Assembly: GCA_964372025.1 (NCBI GenBank)
Contig: CAYJPF010000003.1
Coordinates: 3,334-67,333 of the forward strand
Reading direction: 5' to 3'
Source of the DNA: an uncultured Peptococcaceae bacterium
GTDB taxonomy: Bacteria; Bacillota; Dehalobacteriia; UBA4068
DNA length: 64,000 bases
This document shows positions 28,104 through 35,618 of the stretch, piece by piece. Position 1 is the stretch's first letter. The number at the start of each line of letters is the position of its first letter. The notes under the pieces are model-generated. The model saw only the letters and a program-made list of their open reading frames with translations, searched no databases and had not been told where the DNA came from. The position numbers were made by a program, and so were the translations under genes.

Positions 28104-28460
28104 GTTAATTAAGAGAAATTGTTAGATGTTGTATATATGGCCCTTTGGTGGGCTGGTTGAGCAAATAGCTACTCCCCCCCCCGCACGTGTTTAAAGCAAG
28201 AGAAAGGAGTAGCTACACATATGGCCCTTCGGAGCCGCCGCATATCGCTTTTTGCTATCAGCCGAAACTGAAATCGGATTAACCACCAAGGTCTTGTGTC
28301 AAACGTGGCGGGTGGTCATCCCTTTCCGATTCTCCCCTCATTGCTGAACAAGGACGGGGTCACTGCACTCACAGTGAAATCTTAAAAACAACGTGGCTCT
28401 AACCCACTACATACCGGTGACGAACACGGCACAGGGAATAACTCCACACCCCTGAACAAG

Positions 28461-28500
28461 AGTAAAAATATAAAAGCCCTACAGTGTAAGCGCACTGTAG
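28461..28500 (-). terminator. rho-independent terminator (minus strand)
   Basis: CTACAGTG-taagcg-CACTGTAG 8-bp hairpin followed on minus strand by GGCTTTTATATTTTTAC. Confidence 0.5.
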
Positions 28501-28587
28501 AGCCTTTGTATAACTTAGCATATGCTAAGTTATCATGTATGTAGTCGCTTACCTACAAACAAATAATAGCATACTCGAAAGCGTTTG

Positions 28588-29133
28588 TCAAGCCATGTAA
28601 TGAAAATAACAGTAAATACGCTCGTAAGGTTTTTTACCGCTATCTTCGTCAAACAAAAAGTCCTTAGCCAGCTCAACAAAAAAGCGAGCTTCACCGGTCA
28701 TTTCAGCAATCACAGCACTGCGGTAGTGGTCGTGCCACATAGCATTTAGGACAGCCCAGAACTCCATCTCTGTAAGGTCTGTCATGTCTACGCCATACTG
28801 CTTGCCCACGGCAGTAGTTTGTTGCATGTTCCAGTGTGCGCCCATATGCTTAGCACCGTTAGCTGTATGCCACATTCCGGCTACCCAGTCCTCAAGTTCT
28901 TTATCGCTCAAACGCATTTCGTGGTCTTCGCTATGCATTTCTGCGTCAGGGTAGGTAGCACCTAAAACTTCTGTGTGATAAGTTTTCCAAAACTCACGAC
29001 TACGCATAAGCTTACAAAACTCATACTCATGTACTACTTCGGCTTTCATTGCCGTAGTAAGGGGCATACCTGACTTGATGTCCTCTTGAAGCATTTGCAG
29101 TTTTTTCTCTGCATCAACGCAAGATTTATACAT
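28588..29133 (-). CDS. hypothetical His/Trp-rich protein (181 aa)
   Basis: AGGAGG 8 nt before second in-frame ATG (MYKSCVDAEKK...). Confidence 0.5.
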   Translation of the reverse strand: MYKSCVDAEKKLQMLQEDIKSGMPLTTAMKAEVVHEYEFCKLMRSREFWKTYHTEVLGATYPDAEMHSEDHEMRLSDKELEDWVAGMWHTANGAKHMGAHWNMQQTTAVGKQYGVDMTDLTEMEFWAVLNAMWHDHYRSAVIAEMTGEARFFVELAKDFLFDEDSGKKPYERIYCYFHYMA

Positions 29134-29314
29134 TAGTTTTATCCTCCTGTGTTTCATCTTCGCTTAGCACAGCGTTCATGTCTATGCCAAGCTTGTTTTT
29201 AAGCACCTTGTCGCCCATCTTTAATGCCATCTTGCTGGTGCTTTCAACTATCTTCCGCCCTTCAGCCGTTGTGAATAGGCAAGCAAAAGTAGCTCCCATT
29301 ACAAACTGCTTCAT
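29126..29314 (-). CDS. hypothetical small protein
   Basis: 62 aa from internal ATG; weak RBS. Confidence 0.35.
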   Translation of the reverse strand: MKQFVMGATFACLFTTAEGRKIVESTSKMALKMGDKVLKNKLGIDMNAVLSEDETQEDKTNV

Positions 29315-29315
29315 C

Positions 29316-29762
29316 TTAATTAGCACACTTTCTCTTGCCTTTTACGCCTTGAAGAGTTAAAGAGCACGATGCCGGTGCAAACCTCAAGACGAGTATACTT
29401 CTGCATTGAAGCGTAGTCTGCCACAGGTCAGCAACGCAACCACCTGTACGGCAAGGTAATACTTCATAGACAGGGAGCGTAGTAGTGCCGTCTGTAATCT
29501 CTACAAGATTGCACGAGCTGTCAAGCGGGATGCTGGCAAATAGACCAACCTCGACACATTCGCAAGCACAGAGACCTGTTAAAGCTCCATCCGATACAGT
29601 TACGGTGTACTTGCCGCTCTTTAAAGTTACACTGCTGGCTCGCAGTACGCAGTTACAATTACTCATTTTAGTAGTTCTCCTTTTAAGTTTTATTTCGTTA
29701 GTCGCAGTCGCAACTACAATTCCGTTAATGCTAAAAGACGCTGTGTTTATGATACTAAGCAT
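29316..29762 (-). CDS. Cys-rich protein (12 Cys in C-terminal 116 aa); start ambiguous (29762 or 29666)
   Basis: N-terminus MLSIINTASF resembles MSIVNTANF of upstream gene (shared TAAACACAGC DNA); internal AAGGAG RBS before MSNCNCVLRAS. Confidence 0.4.
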   Translation of the reverse strand: MLSIINTASFSINGIVVATATNEIKLKRRTTKMSNCNCVLRASSVTLKSGKYTVTVSDGALTGLCACECVEVGLFASIPLDSSCNLVEITDGTTTLPVYEVLPCRTGGCVADLWQTTLQCRSILVLRFAPASCSLTLQGVKGKRKCAN

Positions 29763-30106
29763 TGATAGAGTATCAAGTGGCTCGAGTTAGGCATCCAGTT
29801 GACTTCTATATGTGAAGGATTGCCTTCTAAGGGTTCGGCATCTACAGTAAGCGTACCTTCTATATAGCTTAATGCTGAAGGCAGGGTGTCACTAAAGACT
29901 TGATTGGTAAGTTGACCGTTGAAGTCGCTTATTTCGATGGTAACAGCATAGGTAATCACGTCTCCACGATAAACTGAACTTGGGTGAGCTTTTTTGCTAA
30001 TAGTCACAATAGGCTCAACAAGTTGCTCTACAGTGGAGCTGGCATTAACTACAAAGTCTTCATCTCGGAAGCGATAATTAAAGTTAGCTGTGTTTACAAT
30101 TGACAT
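29747..30106 (-). CDS. DUF11-like beta-sandwich (conserved repeat domain) protein
   Basis: YRGDVITYAVTIEISDFNGQLTNQVFSDTLPSALSYIEGTLTVD resembles the DUF11/B_ant repeat pattern. Confidence 0.45.
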   Translation of the reverse strand: MSIVNTANFNYRFRDEDFVVNASSTVEQLVEPIVTISKKAHPSSVYRGDVITYAVTIEISDFNGQLTNQVFSDTLPSALSYIEGTLTVDAEPLEGNPSHIEVNWMPNSSHLILYQCLVS

Positions 30107-30192
30107 GATAGCCTCCTAAATTAAAAGAGGACGGTCTCCCGCCCTCTAAGTCACGCCGAAGCGGAAAGTCACAATAATTTCTTATTGGAAAA

Positions 30193-30711
30193 TTAGCAGC
30201 CGAATCCGCCTACAGGACTACCACTGCATACATAAGCCTGACCGTAAAGTCTGGGCTCTTTCAGCATCTCGCAACGGATAGCGTTAAGCTCTGCTTTGAT
30301 AGCAGCAGTCTCAGCTTGCGAAACGAGGTCGCGCTTAAGGGTTGCTACCTCAAGGTTAAGTGCGTTCTTCTCTTGTCCATCAAGGATAGCACGTGATTGT
30401 GCATCAAGCTTGAGGTCAAAGATACGCTCTTGAAGTCCAGCCTCATACTGGCGCGAAGACTGGTCATACAGTCTCTGAGTGTTGGCGTTATTAGCTTCGA
30501 TTGTGCGGTTTGTGGTTTGCTCAATCAGATACTGAGTACGAGCGGTATCTATAATGCCTTGTTTTTCAACTTCGCAGTTAGATACACGGTTGCAACCAGC
30601 TTCATTGTAGCGATTACCAAACAGTCCGCCGCCGAAAATCAGCCAAATGATAACGATGATAAACAGGATACCAATGGTTGAGTTCGAGCTTGTGTCTCTT
30701 GTTTCCCACAT
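30193..30711 (-). CDS. membrane-anchored coiled-coil protein with Cys-rich ends
   Basis: N-terminal TM IGILFIIVIIWLIFGGGLFG, long helical region, C-terminal YVCSGSPVGGFGC. Confidence 0.5.
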   Translation of the reverse strand: MWETRDTSSNSTIGILFIIVIIWLIFGGGLFGNRYNEAGCNRVSNCEVEKQGIIDTARTQYLIEQTTNRTIEANNANTQRLYDQSSRQYEAGLQERIFDLKLDAQSRAILDGQEKNALNLEVATLKRDLVSQAETAAIKAELNAIRCEMLKEPRLYGQAYVCSGSPVGGFGC

Positions 30712-30749
30712 AGTGTTTTGCTCCTTTCAAAAAATATTTATTTCGTCGC

Positions 30750-31115
30750 CTATTTCAGACGAGGAAATTTAGGTTTATTGCTGTTGGAGCTGGATTTATT
30801 TGAGCTTTGTGGCCTGTTTACTCCGCCACTTTTAACTATATTTAATCCTTGTTGTTTTAACTGTTCGGGACTTGTTCCTACAAGGCTTAGCAGAGTCTTA
30901 GCCATTGGATTACTCCCGTATCTATTATACAGTTCGTTTATTCCTTGCTCAGTAATACCAAAGTTACGAGCAATGTCACCTGCTTGGTCGTCAGTTGCTC
31001 CCTGAACTGCTTGGCTTGCTCGTTTTACTGCTTCCTGTATTTCGTTTTGGTTGCCCGGAAACATCTTCATCAACTGTGACAGTATCATTTGTGTGTTGAA
31101 CATTTGCATTACCAC
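30750..31115 (-). CDS. hypothetical protein
   Basis: ORF; overlaps 30991-31416 by about 115 nt in another frame; true start uncertain. Confidence 0.4.
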   Translation of the reverse strand: MVMQMFNTQMILSQLMKMFPGNQNEIQEAVKRASQAVQGATDDQAGDIARNFGITEQGINELYNRYGSNPMAKTLLSLVGTSPEQLKQQGLNIVKSGGVNRPQSSNKSSSNSNKPKFPRLK

Positions 31116-31416
31116 CTTTCAGTTCTTTTAACAACTGTAGTATCTCAAGGTTAGCCGCTTGGCTCTGCCTAAGAGCTTCTTGCGTCTCTTGCAAAATCTC
31201 TTCAGAAGTCTTTTCAGGTACGATGATGCCTACTTCGACAAGCTTGTTGTAATATTCAACTGTAGTCTCTTCTAAGGCGTTGTAGCGGTCGTTAGTATGC
31301 CCTATAGGTTGCTTGCCTGTATGGAAGTCTATGGCGTATATAACACCATCTTCTACTACACAAGGGATACGTGCGTTGCCTGTACTAAACTGGGCGTTGT
31401 AAGAAAAATCACTCAT
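30991..31416 (-). CDS. hypothetical protein (142 aa)
   Basis: AAAGGTG RBS before ATG at 31416 (MSDFSYNAQ...). Confidence 0.45.
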   Translation of the reverse strand: MSDFSYNAQFSTGNARIPCVVEDGVIYAIDFHTGKQPIGHTNDRYNALEETTVEYYNKLVEVGIIVPEKTSEEILQETQEALRQSQAANLEILQLLKELKGGNANVQHTNDTVTVDEDVSGQPKRNTGSSKTSKPSSSGSN

Positions 31417-31582
31417 AATTAACACACCTTTCTTTGTTGCAGCGACTGAGTGGGTGCAGGTGTGATACACCCACGTCTGCCGCCGCTATATACATGGGGG
31501 GAAGGAACGGGAATAAAAAACTCCCTACCTTGATACTACAAGATAGAGAGTATATTCATAAGTACTCTAAAGGTACTAATTA

Positions 31583-32932
31583 TTATTTTTTCTTTTGGTT
31601 TTTCTTTAGCTCTGGGAACACCTTAGCAACCTCACCAAAGTAGTTCTTACACGTTTGTTCAGAATAGCCAATCTCTAAAGAGACCTGCTTCATTGTCATG
31701 TTATCCACACAATACATTAAGGTTATCTTCTCGTGTAAGTTTCTAAAACCAGCTTCATTAAGTTTTAGCTTCAACTCATGTTTAGGTGAAAACAACATCT
31801 TTAGTTTAGCAATGAAGGGTTTGTCTGCTATATAATCAAATGCCTCTCTTATCATATACAGAATAAAGTCAACAATCAGTGCGACGATAACTGTGTTGAA
31901 GATAGAGAAAGCAATTCCGGTTGTATTAAATAACGCTACACACAAAGTGATTGTAGTGATACATACGCAAGCAATCTTGACCAGATTAGCTCTAATGTTA
32001 GGAATATAGTCTGCGTGAAACTGCTTTGGAAATAGCTTTCTTAGTGCTAAGTATGCAACGTAAAGAAAAACTGCCTCAACTACTCTGCCTATAAAGTACG
32101 CATAAAGCAAGTACAATCCATAGACAAATATAAGCGGAGGCAAATTCTTCTTCAAGTCGTGCCGAAACTCAAGCTTCAGGTAATGCTTGAAGTTCTTCGA
32201 GTTCCGTGTGAAGCTTGTGCAAACGCCAGCGAATATACTCTTTTTCGCTTTCGTCTGTCGAACCTTCAAAGCGCTTGACAAGGTTTGCAATGCTTCCTTG
32301 AATACGCTTGCGCTCTTCTTCCATGAAGCCGAGGCCCCATCTAAACACAATAGCCATTTGCGTCCACCTACCTTTATATTTATTAGAGTTATAATCCATA
32401 AAAGATAATAGTCAACAGAATATATCGCAGACATTGCAAAAGACTGTGATTGTTCTATTAAAGATAAATTAAGAACAAACAGCGAACAAAAACTGAAAAT
32501 GCTATCTAAAACAAACAAGCACATCGTAGGCGCAAGGCGCTTCGTAAATAATAACGGAATTGCATAAAAAGAAAAACTTAGAATTGCTACTAACACATTC
32601 CATTCTTCCCCTGCGAATAAAGTGTTGATAACAATTAAATAAGATGTTACAAAAGTATTAACAATTAAGGCTCTACTTTTGTAATTTGGGATAACACAGG
32701 CGTACATTAGGTTAATGCCTATCATGCCCTTGATTACGTTAATTATACCTCTCGCCCAGTCGTTGCTGTCTACAAAATAAATAAAAGCGTTGAGTCGAGA
32801 ATTAGTTATCTCTACACCAAACGCTTCTATGCCGAAAAGCTTCAGTGTAAACGTAGCAAACAAGAACACCCAACACAAGGTTAGCACTCGACTCATTATA
32901 GCCGTGAAATGTGCTCTTGTCATAATAGTCAC
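31583..32932 (-). CDS. polytopic membrane protein with C-terminal sigma70-region4/LuxR-like HTH
   Basis: multiple TM helices at both ends; C-terminal MTMKQVSLEIGYSEQTCKNYFGEVAKV; hydrophilic central linker contains an alternative-frame ORF. Confidence 0.5.
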   Translation of the reverse strand: MTIMTRAHFTAIMSRVLTLCWVFLFATFTLKLFGIEAFGVEITNSRLNAFIYFVDSNDWARGIINVIKGMIGINLMYACVIPNYKSRALIVNTFVTSYLIVINTLFAGEEWNVLVAILSFSFYAIPLLFTKRLAPTMCLFVLDSIFSFCSLFVLNLSLIEQSQSFAMSAIYSVDYYLLWIITLINIKVGGRKWLLCLDGASASWKKSASVFKEALQTLSSALKVRQTKAKKSIFAGVCTSFTRNSKNFKHYLKLEFRHDLKKNLPPLIFVYGLYLLYAYFIGRVVEAVFLYVAYLALRKLFPKQFHADYIPNIRANLVKIACVCITTITLCVALFNTTGIAFSIFNTVIVALIVDFILYMIREAFDYIADKPFIAKLKMLFSPKHELKLKLNEAGFRNLHEKITLMYCVDNMTMKQVSLEIGYSEQTCKNYFGEVAKVFPELKKNQKKK

Positions 32933-33015
32933 ACCTGCTTTATAATTGAGGGAGGCCGCCGCCCGGCGAGAAACGACGACCTCGGAGGTTTTAAATGGAA
33001 TCCAACTGTACCTTT

Positions 33016-33044
33016 ATAGTAGCACGATACCCACTATTTGTCAA
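33016..33044 (-). promoter_or_regulatory. minus-strand promoter TTGACA-17-TACTAT
   Basis: -35 at 33039-33044, -10 at 33016-33021 (reverse complement); spacer ends aTCGTGC as in promoter at 13522. Confidence 0.5.
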
Positions 33045-33095
33045 CACACTTCTAAAGAAATAGTGTTTAAAAATATATTAACAAAAGATTAAGTT

Positions 33096-33572
33096 TCACT
33101 TAGCTCTTTTTTCAAGCTTATTAAAGCTTTCAATCCATGTAGGCATCGTTCCATTGCCATTGCTCTTTTCATAAGCATTGTAAAGTTTAATTACCGTCTC
33201 TACTTCGTCATAGGTGCTGTACCCACGTTCTAAAGCTCGTGTAATCAAATAATGCAGTCGTTCGTGAAGCACGGCAATGTTTGCTTCCTGCAATGCCGGA
33301 AGATTGTCTGCAACAGCGTTTAAACTTTCAATCGCTGTGGTTAGCTTGACAATCTGTCCGCTACAGTCTTTCCGGCATTGCAGCCCTGTTTCTAACTTTT
33401 CTCCCATCACTCTTACCTTTTCTTCAAGAGTTGCAATTTTGTTGTTTTGCAATCGTTTGTCTTGAATACGCCTTGCAATTTTCTTGCAAAGAGGGACAAT
33501 AATTTTTGCCAAAGTTAAATACGCACCTCCAATAATGCCAATTAACCCTGCAGCCTCTACAACTTCAAACAC
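33096..33572 (-). CDS. TM + coiled-coil protein, paralog A (holin-associated)
   Basis: N-terminal TM, C-terminal ERGYSTYDE...NGNGTMPTWIE..NKLEKRAK; paralog of 33594-34085. Confidence 0.5.
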   Translation of the reverse strand: MFEVVEAAGLIGIIGGAYLTLAKIIVPLCKKIARRIQDKRLQNNKIATLEEKVRVMGEKLETGLQCRKDCSGQIVKLTTAIESLNAVADNLPALQEANIAVLHERLHYLITRALERGYSTYDEVETVIKLYNAYEKSNGNGTMPTWIESFNKLEKRAK

Positions 33573-33593
33573 ACCTTGCCCCCCTTAGCAAAA

Positions 33594-34085
33594 CTAACTG
33601 GCTCTTTTTTCAAGCCCTCCGTATACTTCCATCCACTTTGCCATAACGCCGTTACCATCGTTTTCTAAATACGCTCGGTGCAGATTGTGGATAACATCAA
33701 ACTCGTCAAAAGTCGTATACCCACGCTCTACAGCCTTTGTAATTAAATGATGAAGCTTGTCGTACATCATAGCAAGATTTGCCGCTTGAAGAGCTCTTAA
33801 CGCAGGTCTGAACCCTTCTGCTTCTTTAATTAACTCCTTTAAGGCGATGCTGTCTTCTTCGTACTTTTCGTCTAATTCAGCACCGGCTTTTACTGCCTCT
33901 TTCAACTCCCTCAAAACCTCCTCCAACTTGGCTATGCGTTCGCCTTGCATTTTTGTTGCCTGTCTTGCATCCCACCATCTACGAATGGGAGGCATGATTA
34001 GTTTTTGAACGGCTATAATGGCTCCGGCTACAATTGAAATTCCACCAAACCAGCCAAGTATTACGTCCATTTGCAAGCTAATCAT
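33594..34085 (-). CDS. TM + coiled-coil protein, paralog B
   Basis: C-terminal ERGYTTFDE...NDGNGVMAKWME..GGLEKRAS collinear with paralog A. Confidence 0.5.
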   Translation of the reverse strand: MISLQMDVILGWFGGISIVAGAIIAVQKLIMPPIRRWWDARQATKMQGERIAKLEEVLRELKEAVKAGAELDEKYEEDSIALKELIKEAEGFRPALRALQAANLAMMYDKLHHLITKAVERGYTTFDEFDVIHNLHRAYLENDGNGVMAKWMEVYGGLEKRAS

Positions 34086-34106
34086 CCTTTCGTTGGGAAG
34101 AATGTT

Positions 34107-34289
34107 TTACAGATGTCCGCTGTCTGTAGGATTGTTTACAATACCAAACGCTACAAGTACCGGCAACAGCACATTTAGGAGTCCGTCAACGGTTGCTGAA
34201 ATGTCAATACCGGCAAACTCTTTTACACAAAAAGTTACCAGTGCTGCGATAGACACCCAAAGTGCCCAACTCTTAAATCTGTTTTGCAT
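34107..34289 (-). CDS. holin, phiLC3/Phage_holin_1-like (60 aa, two TM)
   Basis: NRFKSWALWVSIAALVTFCV...GIDISA...LLPVLVAFGIVNNPTDSG matches phiLC3-family pattern. Confidence 0.6.
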   Translation of the reverse strand: MQNRFKSWALWVSIAALVTFCVKEFAGIDISATVDGLLNVLLPVLVAFGIVNNPTDSGHL

Positions 34290-34291
34290 AG

Positions 34292-34702
34292 TTATACCTC
34301 GTTTTCTTTCTGAGCTTCTTGCTCCTTAATGTTCAACTTAGCGTACTCGTCGGCAAGGGTAGAAATGAGTTCCATATCCCAGTGGTCGTGAGTCTCGTAC
34401 CACTTTTCAACGGCTTTGAACATTGCAAACGACCATTTGTATTCAGGATTTGCACCCATAAAATACATTTGGTTGTTCTCTGCAAATTCGTTACGCCATG
34501 CGTTAATCTGCTCAGCTGTTGCCACCTCAAACTCTGCAATAACTACAGGGTCATAAGCAGGGGCTACGGCAATGCCAAGTTTCAAAGCTTTCATGTCTGC
34601 TGCAAACATGTCTACATGCTGGTCAATGGTGTGAATACTGTCAGGGGTAGACTTATCGACTACCTCAACTTGCGTGATGTGCTTCAAGATTAGATTGTTC
34701 AT
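34292..34702 (-). CDS. hypothetical protein (136 aa)
   Basis: ORF; no motif. Confidence 0.5.
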   Translation of the reverse strand: MNNLILKHITQVEVVDKSTPDSIHTIDQHVDMFAADMKALKLGIAVAPAYDPVVIAEFEVATAEQINAWRNEFAENNQMYFMGANPEYKWSFAMFKAVEKWYETHDHWDMELISTLADEYAKLNIKEQEAQKENEV

Positions 34703-34723
34703 TTTGTTTGCCTCCTTTTTATT

Positions 34724-35206
34724 TTAAATGCTTATCCAATACTTTTTGCCTGTAATAGTATCAGGAGCATTTAATTCGTTTCTGCTGTGACTCTGCTTAC
34801 ATTCGTAATTAGCACCATTCCACGACACCCTGTCGGTGCCGTCCAAAAAGTAATAATCAATAGCATAGCTATCCCAAGAGGGATAACCAGCCTCAAGCCT
34901 TAGCCAGAATGCCTTTTCGTCGCTATAAGTAGCGGTCACAGGGTCAATACCTTTAACAGGCTTCTCTGCCATGTATTCTGCTCCGTCAGAGCCTGTAACA
35001 ATATCGCCCCTGATGTACCGTTGCTCAGGGTTATACGCGTCACCTGCTTTAGGTATACCGCTTAATTGTCCGTCTACAATAGTGAGAGCTGACAGCCTTG
35101 TTGTAGTTTCGCTAAGTGCAATTTCCATCTCGAGTATCTCATTAGCCTTTGCTTCTGCAAGCACAAGGTCTACTGTAAATCTGCTATCTGCTTTAGGCAT
35201 TTTCAA
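34724..35206 (-). CDS. protein with tandem CBM5/12-like carbohydrate-binding repeats
   Basis: AYNPEQRYIRGDIVTGSDGAEYMAEKPVKGIDP and YYFLDGTDRVSWNGANYECKQSHSRNEL. Confidence 0.5.
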   Translation of the reverse strand: MKMPKADSRFTVDLVLAEAKANEILEMEIALSETTTRLSALTIVDGQLSGIPKAGDAYNPEQRYIRGDIVTGSDGAEYMAEKPVKGIDPVTATYSDEKAFWLRLEAGYPSWDSYAIDYYFLDGTDRVSWNGANYECKQSHSRNELNAPDTITGKKYWISI

Positions 35207-35606
35207 TTACCTCCGTTCCGGGTAAAGTCGGCCACACTACAGCATCGGGAAATCCCTCTTGCTCTGTGACATCTCGCAAAGCTTGTTTGTATATCTGCCA
35301 CTCAACCTTCTCTTCGGGAGATTTAAGCTCCCAGTTAGATGCGTTGCAATAGGTTAAGTCACATTCAAGCAGTAGTGCGTTACGCTGGTCGCGGATTACT
35401 TGTTCTTTCTGTGGGTCGAGTTCGGAGTGCTCAACTTTATCCCACCAGAGTTCTTCGGTCTCCACGTTAACCTTAAGGATGTAATCAAAAGGTACTGAAC
35501 CCGGCGGAGGCGGAATAGTGTCCGTAAGGAAATATGGACGGTCTGTCGGTGGTTTAGTTGAATATGACGCTAAGTCCCCACCGAACGTAAAAACATAATA
35601 AATCAT
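35193..35606 (-). CDS. tail fibre assembly protein (Caudo_TAP/Tfa-like)
   Basis: C-terminal KVEWQIYKQALRDVTEQEGFPDAVVWPTLP matches Tfa W..YR..L...WP..P signature. Confidence 0.55.
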   Translation of the reverse strand: MIYYVFTFGGDLASYSTKPPTDRPYFLTDTIPPPPGSVPFDYILKVNVETEELWWDKVEHSELDPQKEQVIRDQRNALLLECDLTYCNASNWELKSPEEKVEWQIYKQALRDVTEQEGFPDAVVWPTLPGTEVIENA

Positions 35607-35618
35607 TTTACTTCTCCT

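Noticed and set aside
28104-28460. tRNA or tmRNA in the GC-rich ORF-free island
   Set aside because: Could not find a convincing T-arm (GTTCRANYC) or acceptor/anticodon geometry on either strand. Left as unclassified structured non-coding DNA.
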